Assembly: GCA_012512265.1 (NCBI GenBank)
Contig: JAAZEM010000131.1
Span: 1,837 to 65,836 of the forward strand
From: Armatimonadota bacterium
GTDB taxonomy: Bacteria > Armatimonadota > JAAZEB01
Reading direction: 5' to 3'
DNA: 64,000 nt
The translations under genes were made by a program, and so were the position numbers. The notes under the pieces are model-generated. The model was not told where the DNA came from, searched no databases, and saw only the letters and a list, made by a program, of their open reading frames with translations. Numbering within the stretch: position 1 is the stretch's first letter; each line of letters begins with the position of its first letter. Positions 19,858 to 28,581 of this stretch are shown piece after piece.

Positions 19858-19885
19858 CGCCTTCTACACGCTCCTTTGGCGGCCG

Positions 19886-22039
19886 CTATCGGGTGCCGCC
19901 GCTGCTTGTTCCAACACCACTTCCCTGCATGGATGTGCTCGTGCTGAGGTTGAACGGGTTGGTGGACCCACCGCCGGGCTTCAGTACGGGAGTCTGCCGC
20001 AGACCAGCAGGCGGCTCCGGGCCGGGCAGGAGTTCCGGCGTCAGGAAAAGCACCAACTCGCGCGCGAACTTCTCCTTGCGGATCGACCGGAAGAAGCTGC
20101 CGAAGATCGGGATGTCGGCCAGGATCGGGAACCTGTGCACGGTGGATGCCTCTTCGTGCGAGATCAGGCCGCCCACCACCAGAGTTTCGCCTGCCTTTAG
20201 GCGAAGCTCGTTCAGCGCGCGCTTGGTTGAGAAGCCGGGGATCTCGCTGCCGTTGACGGTGACCGCGTTGTTGCGATCGATGCTGCTTACCTCCACCAGA
20301 AGCCGCAGCGTGATCTCATCGCCCGGTTCGGCCACCGGCTCGATGCCGAGCAGGACGCCGAAGTTGCGGTAGGTCACCGTCGTGGTAAGTACCGAGTCGG
20401 TGCCTCCCGTCGCTCCGCTCAGTTGTGGGATCGGAACCTCGCCGCCAATGTGAATGTAGCCGGTTCCGCCACTATTGACCACCGTGCTGGGTGCCGAGAG
20501 GAGTTCGGCGTGTGCATCCTCGAGCAGAGTTTTGATATTGGCCTGGATGCTGGTCAGCAGCTGGAACCCGCCCGTCGGCGTCGTCTGCCCAAAGAGCGTT
20601 GGCCCGGTGGTGGAGGTATCCATCCAGCGCACGCCCAACTCGCGGAGCCGCCGCGAGTCCACATTCAGCATGCGCGCTTGAACTCGCACCTGCCGCGGCT
20701 GGGCCAGCTGGACCAGGTTGATCACCGTGCCGTTGACGGGAGCCACCACCTTCTCTGCGATCGCGACCAGGCCATCGATATCCTCAACGCGAGGGGCCTG
20801 CCCACGGAGCACCACCGTGGTTGGCTGGCCGGGGAGGAGCTCCGCCGTTACCTCGCCAGCCGGAAGGACCGCCTGGAGTTGCTCCAAAAGGCTTGGCCCG
20901 CCGGGGGCCGGGGGCTGCGCCGGCGGTGGCGCGGGTAGCTGCAGCAGATTGACCACCTGGACCGAGAACGCCTCCGCGATCCTTTGGGCGCGCATCATCT
21001 GCTCTACGCTGCCTACCTCGCCTTCTAGGATGCAGGTGTTCTCCACGACGCGCACGGTGATCTTGCTATCATTGATGGCTTCCTGGATCATCTGCTGCCG
21101 GCGCGCCGGACCCGGCTCCACTGTGAGCTCATACTCGGTGCGGCCGCGTCGATCCCAGACGCGAACCATTGTTACCCCCGGACCCTTCGCCAGGAGCAGG
21201 ATCTCGGTATCACTCACCGGCTGTACTTCAGCGACGGCGCCCGACGGGTCGTCAATCTGGATGGTGCGCACACCCTGCGTTGGCAAGATGCGCGATTTGC
21301 CCTCCACCATGCGAAGACGTACCACCCCATCAGATGGCTCGGCACCAGGGTGAGCGGGCTCTGGGGCGAGAGGGGTCGCGTCTGAAACGGCGCGAGCCCC
21401 CGCGAGCAGGGTGATGGCGTCCCTCGCTCCCTGGGCCACCATCTGCTCACGGGGCGCGGCGATGCGCACGACCGGGTTGGATACTCGCGCCCCGGCCGCA
21501 TCTTTAAGGGCCGGCGTGGTCTGCGATACCGGTGCCACGGCATCGGGGGGCCTGTGTGCCCCGGCCCCCGTCGGAACCGTGAGGCGCCAGCCGCTTGGCG
21601 TTGCTTTCAGGCGCGGAGCACGGACGAGTCGCGATGCGAAGACCGGCACGGATGGGACGCGCATGCTGCCTTCCAACACCGATCGGGGCGCGCTCAGACG
21701 GGGTGGCACCGGCGTGGGTGGAATACGGGTGCCTGCGACCGTGCTCGAGAACGCCAGACGGTGCGTGGGTGCCGGAACGGTGATCGTCGCCGCCCCACGC
21801 CGGCACATCCGCGCGCTTCCATCGGCGAGCATGACAGCACCGAGGGAGTGTTGGCCGGCGATCCCCGGCGCCTGATGGAGGGCAGGGGAGGGGAGCGCGG
21901 TGGAGGAGTGACTGGGCGGGCACGGCGACACGCTGCATCGCGATGCGCCTCGGGAACCGGCATCCGAAACGCCGGTGCCGAGAAGCAGCACCACGCTGAT
22001 CCACAGCGTGGCCGCCCTTCCAAGATAGGTTGCCCGCAT
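19886..22039 (-). CDS. cpaC: secretin (CpaC/RcpA-like type II/III secretion system protein), paralog 1
   Basis: C-terminal secretin core LLSAPSTVVNSGG...FGVLLGIEP...IPGFSTKRALNELRLKAGETLVVGGLI...FPILADIPIFGSFFRS. ATG 22039 (MRATYLGRAATLWISVVLLLG, signal-like) is preceded by GGAGGG. Confidence 0.85.
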   Translation of the reverse strand: MRATYLGRAATLWISVVLLLGTGVSDAGSRGASRCSVSPCPPSHSSTALPSPALHQAPGIAGQHSLGAVMLADGSARMCRRGAATITVPAPTHRLAFSSTVAGTRIPPTPVPPRLSAPRSVLEGSMRVPSVPVFASRLVRAPRLKATPSGWRLTVPTGAGAHRPPDAVAPVSQTTPALKDAAGARVSNPVVRIAAPREQMVAQGARDAITLLAGARAVSDATPLAPEPAHPGAEPSDGVVRLRMVEGKSRILPTQGVRTIQIDDPSGAVAEVQPVSDTEILLLAKGPGVTMVRVWDRRGRTEYELTVEPGPARRQQMIQEAINDSKITVRVVENTCILEGEVGSVEQMMRAQRIAEAFSVQVVNLLQLPAPPPAQPPAPGGPSLLEQLQAVLPAGEVTAELLPGQPTTVVLRGQAPRVEDIDGLVAIAEKVVAPVNGTVINLVQLAQPRQVRVQARMLNVDSRRLRELGVRWMDTSTTGPTLFGQTTPTGGFQLLTSIQANIKTLLEDAHAELLSAPSTVVNSGGTGYIHIGGEVPIPQLSGATGGTDSVLTTTVTYRNFGVLLGIEPVAEPGDEITLRLLVEVSSIDRNNAVTVNGSEIPGFSTKRALNELRLKAGETLVVGGLISHEEASTVHRFPILADIPIFGSFFRSIRKEKFARELVLFLTPELLPGPEPPAGLRQTPVLKPGGGSTNPFNLSTSTSMQGSGVGTSSGGTR

Positions 22040-22330
22040 TGAAGTCACCCTCCTGCCGGCCGCACGCGATTGGACGAAACACTGTCGATGCTGCGGTATA
22101 GGCCGGCGGCCCTCAAAAGTTCGGTCTGGTGACCTGTGGCCACCAACCTCATTATACATCAACTCCTTGAACGCGCCAAGGCAGTCCTGGATTGGGTCAC
22201 GGCAGCGCCCTCTTGCGGTCGCTGCGAAGATGCGCGCCTGGGAGAGTGACCCATGCTCTCTCCCAGCGCGTGGGCAGCGGCTCCGCGAAAGGGCAGGAGC
22301 CGGACGCCCGATTGCCGACGTCAACAGCCA

Positions 22331-22373
22331 GGCAGGAGGCGGGCAGCTGGATACTCACCGCTCGCCTCCTGCC
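22331..22373 (-). terminator. strong stem-loop in the inter-secretin gap (possible terminator, attenuator or processing site)
   Basis: Perfect 11-bp inverted repeat GGCAGGAGGCG (22331-22341) / CGCCTCCTGCC (22363-22373), located 60 nt downstream of the upstream secretin stop. There is no clear U-tract. Confidence 0.3.
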
Positions 22374-22432
22374 TCCACGTCGCCAAGCTCAATCTCTCTC
22401 AACACCCTGGGGTGCGAACCCACGAGGTGTTG

Positions 22433-24466
22433 TCAGTGTGCGGTCGTCACTCCAGGCGCCGGATGGAGGTCGCCCGTCTTGGCAGAGGCAACCGAGCCAT
22501 CCGTGACCAGTTGCGGCGTGACGAAAATGATCAGCTCGCGCTCGGCGCTATCCTTGCGCACCGACTGGAAGAACTTGCCCAGCACCGGAATGTCCGCGAG
22601 GATCGGGAACTTATGCACCGCCTTGGCCTCTTCCTTCGAGATCAGGCCACCGATCACGAGCGTTTCCCCGTCGCGGATTCGGAACGCTGTCTCCGTGCGC
22701 TTCGTGCTGAACCCGGGAACAACGCTCCCGTTGATCGTGACGGCGGTCGAACGATCGATGGCGCTGACCTCGGTGCCCAGTTTGAGCGCGATCTCGTTGC
22801 CGGCCAACACTACCGGTGCCAGCTGCAGCTTCACCCCGAAGTCGACGAACTCGACACTCTGGCCGAGCAGGCCGTTGCCAACGGTGCTGTTGCCCGTGGC
22901 TGGGGCGACCAGACCGCCGTTTGCCCCGGTGTAGCCGGTAATGAGCGCGGGAATCGGCAATCGACCACCGATGACGATCTCACCCTTTTCACCGCTGGCC
23001 ACGAGGAGGCTCGGCGTAGCGAGTGTGTTGGCACGGTTCTCCTCCAGGAGAGCGTGTATGCTCGCGGTGAGGCTCGTCAGCATTCGAAACTCGCCTTCGG
23101 GCGTTGCCTGGCCATACGTCGCCTGATCCGGCCAGCGGATGCCCAGCTCGCGCAAAACGCGCCGGTCCACGTCCACCATGCGCACCTGAACGCGCACCTG
23201 GTCGGGGCGGGTGACCTGGATCTGGTTCACTACTGTCTGCGCGAAGGCGCTGGCGGTCTTCTGCGCGCGCTCCACGTCCTCGATCCGCCCGACGGTGCCG
23301 CGCAAGATGATGACATCCGAGCGTCCGGGCACTCCCTCGACGGTGAGCCGGGGGTCACCCAGCGCGGCGCGTACCTGGGCAGCGACATCGGGGGTTGGCG
23401 CGGGCTTGGGGGCCGGCGTCGCGGGCGCTTGCAGCAGGTTGAGCACCTTGGACGAAAAAGCCCCCGCGATCTGCTCTGCGCGAGTCGCTTCTGCGGCGCT
23501 CGTGACACGCCCTTCGAGAAGCACCGTGTCGTTGACCATGCGCGCCGTGATAGTGGGCGAGCCGATGGTGCGCGTGATCTGAGCGTCCAGATCCGCCGAT
23601 GGAGCGATCACCTGGATCTCATGCTCGATGATGCCGCGCTCGTCCCAGACACGCAGCATGGTGGTGCCCGGCGTGTTGGCCAGAATGAGCAGCTCACGCG
23701 TAGAGAGAGGCTGCACCTCCGCGATTGCCCCGGCGGCATCGTCGATCTGCACCCGCTTTGCACCCTGGACCGCAAGCAGCCGCGAGCGCGACGGCGTGAT
23801 GACGATGGTCTCTCCTTTTCGGCGAGTCACATCCGTGCGGGGCGCCGTGGTCGCTTTGGCGACAGTTGCTATGGGCACCTCCTTGCGCACCGCGGGCTCT
23901 ACGGGAATGGGCGATGCTTCCGCCATGCGCGCCGTAGTGGGCGCGGCCGGCTTCGAGGGCATCGCCGCAACGTCGGTCGCGCGCGTCGTCGCAGGCGCGG
24001 CCGGCTTCGGGGGCTTCACCGCGGCCTCGGTTTTGGCCGGAGCGGGCTTGGCGGGAGCGGCCTGGGCAGTTGCCGCTTTGGCATCGGCGGGCGCAGCCTT
24101 GGGAGACGCGGGCTTCGCCTTGGCGACGCGCGCGGCGTAACCGGCCTTCGGGATCACCAGGAGAGAGCCCGCCAGGACTCTATCGGGATCGGTGATCTTG
24201 TTGGCTTGCAGGAGATCCTGAAGCGAGATGCCGTAACGCTTGGCGATGCGCACTGCCGTTTCGCCCTTCGCCACCCGGTGCGTGCGCTGTATGGTAACGC
24301 GCGCTTTTGATGCGCGCGCGGGTGCGCTTGCCACACCGCCGGTAGGCGTCAAGACGACCAGTAACCCCAGGGCTGCCGCAGCCAGGCGGTGCGGAAGGCC
24401 AGAAGCCCCAGGGCACATGGACCGAGAACCATGAAGAGTATCAGCGTTGGTCCTGTTCGGGTTCAT
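22433..24466 (-). CDS. secretin with an N-terminal LysM peptidoglycan-binding domain, paralog 2
   Basis: LysM HRVAKGETAVRIAKRYGISLQDLLQANKITDPDRVLAGSLLVIP (about 24149-24295), then an Ala/Pro/Lys-rich linker and the secretin core TLATPSLLVASGE...FGVKLQLAP...VPGFSTKRTETAFRIRDGETLVIGGLI...FPILADIPVLGKFFQS. ATG 24418 is an alternative start. Confidence 0.85.
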   Translation of the reverse strand: MNPNRTNADTLHGSRSMCPGASGLPHRLAAAALGLLVVLTPTGGVASAPARASKARVTIQRTHRVAKGETAVRIAKRYGISLQDLLQANKITDPDRVLAGSLLVIPKAGYAARVAKAKPASPKAAPADAKAATAQAAPAKPAPAKTEAAVKPPKPAAPATTRATDVAAMPSKPAAPTTARMAEASPIPVEPAVRKEVPIATVAKATTAPRTDVTRRKGETIVITPSRSRLLAVQGAKRVQIDDAAGAIAEVQPLSTRELLILANTPGTTMLRVWDERGIIEHEIQVIAPSADLDAQITRTIGSPTITARMVNDTVLLEGRVTSAAEATRAEQIAGAFSSKVLNLLQAPATPAPKPAPTPDVAAQVRAALGDPRLTVEGVPGRSDVIILRGTVGRIEDVERAQKTASAFAQTVVNQIQVTRPDQVRVQVRMVDVDRRVLRELGIRWPDQATYGQATPEGEFRMLTSLTASIHALLEENRANTLATPSLLVASGEKGEIVIGGRLPIPALITGYTGANGGLVAPATGNSTVGNGLLGQSVEFVDFGVKLQLAPVVLAGNEIALKLGTEVSAIDRSTAVTINGSVVPGFSTKRTETAFRIRDGETLVIGGLISKEEAKAVHKFPILADIPVLGKFFQSVRKDSAERELIIFVTPQLVTDGSVASAKTGDLHPAPGVTTAH

Positions 24467-25487
24467 GAGGAATGCCCTTGCTTTCCGTTACCCGGAGCGT
24501 CACAGTCTCGCGCTGTGTGCCCCGAATGACCTCCACCGTATGCGGTGGAGTGGCCGCCGGGAGTGCTGGCCCATCACTGATACTTCTCGCCATCGTGGGG
24601 CGAGAGGGGACCGGCGGCGGTATAGGAGTGATCAACTCCGGCTTGGCCGGAGGCAGCACAGGGGGCGCCAGGCTCAGTGCCGGGGTGGAACTCGGCGGCT
24701 GAGACCGGCGCACGCCGGAGCGCGTCGTTCGGGCACGAGCACGCGTTGATTGCCGTGCGCGTGGCTGGCTTGGGCGCGCGACGATCCGGACGGACTCTTG
24801 GGGGATGGGAGGCGGTGATGGCTCGAGGGCCATCTCCGACTCCGTGAGAGGGCGGAGCACCAACTGGATGGTCGCCTTCGTTTGCGCGAAGGTGAGCGCC
24901 CGGGCTTCGCTCGGCGTGACCGCGAGGGTGACCAGGTTGTTGGGCTCCACCGCGTTAAGCGATTTTTGGTCCAGCGCCTTGCCTACCGCGATCACCTGCA
25001 CCCCCTGAAGCAGCGTGTCGGTAACCGGCGTCTCTCCCGTGAAAGTGCCGAGAACATCCACCCGATCTCCCGGACGGAGGAAGCCAGCCACGGCGGTCGT
25101 ATCGGAGACCTGGATCGTCATGGCGCGTTTGCCGGGGGGCAGGTGGGCTGAGAGACCCAGCTCGTCTCCTGAGAGTAGTCCCCCCGTGGTGACAGGGCGG
25201 CCCGCACTGATCTCTGCCCGGGTGAACTTTCCTTGAGCGGCGTCGAGGGATGTCAGGGCGTCCTGGGGCACCATCTCACGGGTGGGGTCCACCTTCTGCA
25301 GCTCGATCATCTCTGGCGTGATCATCGCCCACTTGGGGATGGTCTGCCGGGCGACCACCACGTCACGCAGAACGGCGCTCTCTTCCCGGGCGCGCGCGTG
25401 CCGCTCGCGGTGCAGGTAGGCGCGCACCAGGATTAGGGAGAGGATCAGGAGGAGGACTCCCGTCATCAGGTATTTGTTTCTACGCAT
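24441..25487 (-). CDS. cpaB: Flp pilus assembly protein CpaB (RcpC-like) with a Pro-rich C-terminal extension
   Basis: N-terminal TM (LMTGVLLLILSLILV) and a SAF-like segment VVVARQTIPKWAMITPEMIE, followed by an RcpC-like beta domain. It sits between cpaA and the secretins. Confidence 0.8.
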   Translation of the reverse strand: MRRNKYLMTGVLLLILSLILVRAYLHRERHARAREESAVLRDVVVARQTIPKWAMITPEMIELQKVDPTREMVPQDALTSLDAAQGKFTRAEISAGRPVTTGGLLSGDELGLSAHLPPGKRAMTIQVSDTTAVAGFLRPGDRVDVLGTFTGETPVTDTLLQGVQVIAVGKALDQKSLNAVEPNNLVTLAVTPSEARALTFAQTKATIQLVLRPLTESEMALEPSPPPIPQESVRIVARPSQPRARQSTRARARTTRSGVRRSQPPSSTPALSLAPPVLPPAKPELITPIPPPVPSRPTMARSISDGPALPAATPPHTVEVIRGTQRETVTLRVTESKGIPHEPEQDQR

Positions 25488-25587
25488 GCTGTATCTCTCC
25501 GGCGCGCAGGCTCTTCCCGGGAACGATCTGCCAGGGGTGGGCTGGAGACGTGGGCCACAACGCGTCGTGCGCCAGGGGCGCGGTGTG

Positions 25588-26115
25588 CTATCTCAGGTAC
25601 CAGTAAGCGGCGGCGGCTCCCAGTGCGATGGCGAGCGCGTAGCTCATGCGAAAGCTTTGGGACGTCGGTTCCACCCGGCCGAGCGAGCCCGCTGCGGCCA
25701 TGCGGTAGATCGACGCACCCACGTTCCGCAGTACCTGGGCGGTGCCGCCTCTCCAGGCCAATGCGGCCAGGGCGAATATTCCCCCTGCGACGGCGCCAAA
25801 GAGCGCCGTCCAGAGTGCGAACTGAGGGCCTTGCAGCGCCCCGACCATCCCCATTAGCTTCACATCGCCTGCGCCCGTGCCCCCGTTCAGCCAGACCGGC
25901 ATCAAAAGGACCATGCCCAGCAGCAGCCCGCCGAGGCTGTTGCTCAGGCCAGACCATCCGGAGCCCCATACGTTCGCCACGACGCCCAGGAGGGCGATCG
26001 GCGCCGTCACGAGGTTCGGGATGCGGCGTGAGCGCAAATCGATGATGACCGCCGCGGCCAACCCGAGAACCAGAAGGGCATTGAGGAACACCTGCGATGA
26101 CAAGTCGTTCAGCAT
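25588..26115 (-). CDS. cpaA: A24-family prepilin peptidase (CpaA/TadV-like)
   Basis: 175-aa polytopic protein with AAAVIIDLRSRRIPN and GTGAGDVKLMGMVGA (the two catalytic Asp contexts). Confidence 0.8.
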   Translation of the reverse strand: MLNDLSSQVFLNALLVLGLAAAVIIDLRSRRIPNLVTAPIALLGVVANVWGSGWSGLSNSLGGLLLGMVLLMPVWLNGGTGAGDVKLMGMVGALQGPQFALWTALFGAVAGGIFALAALAWRGGTAQVLRNVGASIYRMAAAGSLGRVEPTSQSFRMSYALAIALGAAAAYWYLR

Positions 26116-26294
26116 CTCTCCCTAACCGCGCGCGGAGTCATCCGCCGCCCGGATCCAAAGGATCGGCCTGCATAGATGGCCGATCCCTGAGAATTCACCA
26201 CTACTATTATGCCTGAGACCCCGCGTCTCTGCCATATCACGATGGTCCTAACGGTGGTAGGCTAAAAGTCCTACGCACCAACAACCGGCTGGTA

Positions 26295-27002
26295 TCATGG
26301 GATACCCCCATCAGGTGACTTGGGCGCGCGAGGGACTCGGCTGTTGGAGGGAATCAGGTTGTGCTCGAAGGCATAGATAAGCGCCTGCATGCGATCATTG
26401 ACTTGGAGCTTGCTGAAGATGCTGCTGAGGTGGTTCTTGACCGTCTTCTCGCTAATCGAGAGCCGGAAGGCGATCTCCTTGTTGCTGAGGCCCTCGGCCA
26501 GCAGGTGAAGGATTTCGACCTCCCGCTTCGTGAGTTGCTGGAAGAGATCCGGCACCATGCGCTCTTGCTCCCGGGTCAGGCGCGTGAATTCATCCAGCAC
26601 CCGGGCGGCGATGGCCGGATGGATGAGTGATTCGCCCCGGGCAGCGCGCCGGATCGAGTCGATGAGCTGGTCGGTATCTACATCCTTAAGGATATAGCCA
26701 CATGCGCCCGCCTTGATCGCGCTGAAGATCGATGCGTCATCCTCGTACACGGTGAGGATGATCACGCGGATATGCGGGCTGGCATGCCGGATTCGGCGCG
26801 TCGCCTCGACGCCATCCTCGCCTGGCATTCGGATATCCATGAGGATAACGTCCGGTTCCAGTTCGAGTGCCTGCTTCACGGCGGTTGGCCCATCCGAGGC
26901 CTTGCCAACAACTTCGATCCCCTCCTGGCGTTCCAGGAGGCTCCACAGACCCTCCAGGATCAGAGGGTGATCATCGGCGATCAGAACGCGAACTCTATCC
27001 AT
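26295..27002 (-). CDS. LuxR/NarL-family response regulator
   Basis: MDRVRVLIADDHPLILEGL...DVILMDIRMPGEDG...IILTVYEDD, plus a C-terminal HTH LTKREVEILHLLAEGLSNKEIAFRLSISEKTVKNHLSSIFSKL. The ATG at 27002 overlaps the kinase stop. Confidence 0.9.
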   Translation of the reverse strand: MDRVRVLIADDHPLILEGLWSLLERQEGIEVVGKASDGPTAVKQALELEPDVILMDIRMPGEDGVEATRRIRHASPHIRVIILTVYEDDASIFSAIKAGACGYILKDVDTDQLIDSIRRAARGESLIHPAIAARVLDEFTRLTREQERMVPDLFQQLTKREVEILHLLAEGLSNKEIAFRLSISEKTVKNHLSSIFSKLQVNDRMQALIYAFEHNLIPSNSRVPRAPKSPDGGIP

Positions 27003-27786
27003 GGTCAGCCGTGGTCTTCTGGGCGACAAGTGGAACGGTGATGCACACTTCCGTGTGACCATCACGGCTCTCGATCTGCAGCGTGCCATTCAGAGCACGC
27101 GCACGATCCTCCATGCTGGCGAGGCCCAGGCGCTTCTCGTGTTGGGCGCGGGTCCGCGTGGTAATCACATCAAATCCCTGGCCATTATCCCGGATCGTTG
27201 CCTTGACCACCGGGCCCTGGCGGGAAAGCGTCGCATCCACCTGCGAGGCATTGGCATGCTTGCGCACATTGGTGAGCGCTTCCTGGATGATTCGGAAGAG
27301 GTTGACCTCAATATCGCGCCCAAGAGACCAATCGCTGTCTGAGAGGTGGAGCCCGACGGGGATGTGGTACTGGGCGCGGTAATCCTGCACGTACTGGCGG
27401 AGGACAGGAAGCAGCGAGAACTCTTCCAGGGAGGAGGGGCGCAGCTCGAACATGAAGCGGCGCATATCGTGCAGCGTGCTCTTGGCGAGTTGGTGCAGCG
27501 AGGCCATCTCCGTTCGCGCCTCCATGGCATCGGCCGGGATCACCTTTTGCGCCATATCCAGACGGAGGATGAGGTTTGCCAGTTGCTGGATTGGCCCGTC
27601 GTGGAGATCCACTGCTATTCGCCGGCGCTCCTCCTCGCGAGCCTCGGCGCAGCGCAGCGAGATCAGCCGTTCATCCATAACCCCAGTCTCGCTCGTGGGA
27701 GAAGCTGTTGCGGCGGAGGCAGCACCAAGACCATCGCCACGCGGGCGGAGGCGTCGAATAAACTCGCTGACAAAACCCAGGGACAT
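26995..27786 (-). CDS. cytoplasmic sensor histidine kinase (HisKA_3 + HATPase_c, DegS/NarX-like), with no TM segments
   Basis: H-box EEERRRIAVDLHDGPIQQL, N-box QEALTNVRKHANA, and G-box RDNGQGFD...LGLASM. ATG 27786 is preceded by GGAGG about 10 nt upstream. The longer ORF-track N-terminus looks non-coding. Confidence 0.85.
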   Translation of the reverse strand: MSLGFVSEFIRRLRPRGDGLGAASAATASPTSETGVMDERLISLRCAEAREEERRRIAVDLHDGPIQQLANLILRLDMAQKVIPADAMEARTEMASLHQLAKSTLHDMRRFMFELRPSSLEEFSLLPVLRQYVQDYRAQYHIPVGLHLSDSDWSLGRDIEVNLFRIIQEALTNVRKHANASQVDATLSRQGPVVKATIRDNGQGFDVITTRTRAQHEKRLGLASMEDRARALNGTLQIESRDGHTEVCITVPLVAQKTTADHG

Positions 27787-28156
27787 CGAGAGGTATCCTC
27801 CCACGGCTTGGATTGCTTCCCGACTCGCTCGTTGTAGAACGCGTGAACGGCAGGAGACAATACGATATGGCCTTCTAACCCAACTGACAGTATAGCACAC
27901 ATCCGTTAGGATGTAAAGAAGCATGCCGAGGGTGTTCTGGCTCCTCCATCTCGGCGAGTAGCGATGCGGATGGCGCGTGAGGAGGCGGGCGGCGTGGTGC
28001 CAGCGAGGGGCTGGCGCTGCAGGCGCGCCGGGCAGGTTTGGCAGCCGGAGCATCCGGGTAAGCAGGTCACAAGTGAGCTCAGGGATCGGCTTGTCTGGCT
28101 TGGGGCGATGGTGTGCTGCGCAGGCAGGAGGCGGGGCAAGGTGAGGAGGTCGCGAG

Positions 28157-28516
28157 GTGGCCAGGAAAGAGGGAAAGAAGGAGATCAGCGTCCGCGAGGC
28201 AGGACGCAAGGGTGGCGAGACAACCGCCGAGCGCCACGGCCGGGAGTTTTATGAGAGAATTGGGCGCAAGGGCGGCCCGATTGGGGGGCAGCGCCGTAAG
28301 GAGGAGTTGGGCCACGGGGGCTATGAGGAGCTGGGGCGCAAGGGCGGGAACGTGCGCAAGCGGCAGCTTGGCCCCGAAGGCTATTCGGAGCTGGGCAAGA
28401 TGGGCGGGAATGTGCGCAAGCAGCAACTGGGCCACGAGGGATACGAGGAACTGGGCCAGAAGGGCGGCCAGCGCGTCCGCGAGCTGATCGAAAAGGGGAA
28501 GCAGGCCGAGAGCTGA
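28157..28516 (+). CDS. KGG-repeat general stress protein (YciG/Con-10-like)
   Basis: Five GRKGG/GQKGG/GKMGG repeats spaced by GYEELG-type segments, a typical KGG-motif stress-induced protein. Confidence 0.8.
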   Translation: MARKEGKKEISVREAGRKGGETTAERHGREFYERIGRKGGPIGGQRRKEELGHGGYEELGRKGGNVRKRQLGPEGYSELGKMGGNVRKQQLGHEGYEELGQKGGQRVRELIEKGKQAES

Positions 28517-28539
28517 GCGCCGCATTCGCGCGCGGGGCC

Positions 28540-28565
28540 GGGGAGGGAGACCGCGCTCTTCCTCC
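28540..28565. terminator. hairpin between the convergent KGG gene and dsbD (possible bidirectional terminator)
   Basis: 10-bp stem (GGGAGGGAGA / TCTTCCTCCC, with one G-U pair) and a 6-nt loop. No obvious U-tract. Confidence 0.35.
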
Positions 28566-28581
28566 CTAGCCCCCTGCCATT

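Noticed and set aside
22040-22324. In-frame N-terminal extension of the downstream secretin ORF (ORF-track start 22324)
   Set aside because: The extension is Arg-rich and shows no signal peptide. ATG 22039 has a GGAGGG RBS and is followed directly by a signal-like hydrophobic segment.
22253-24310. 685-aa + strand ORF
   Set aside because: It lies antisense to the LysM-secretin gene. It is extremely Arg/Gly-rich, with RRRGR runs mirroring the Ala/Pro-rich linker.
26116-26294. Possible Flp pilin small ORF upstream of cpaA
   Set aside because: I read the - strand. The only ATG-initiated frame gives about 37 aa (MAETRGLRHNSSGEF...), with no hydrophobic Flp-type segment. The other gaps of the locus gave nothing either.
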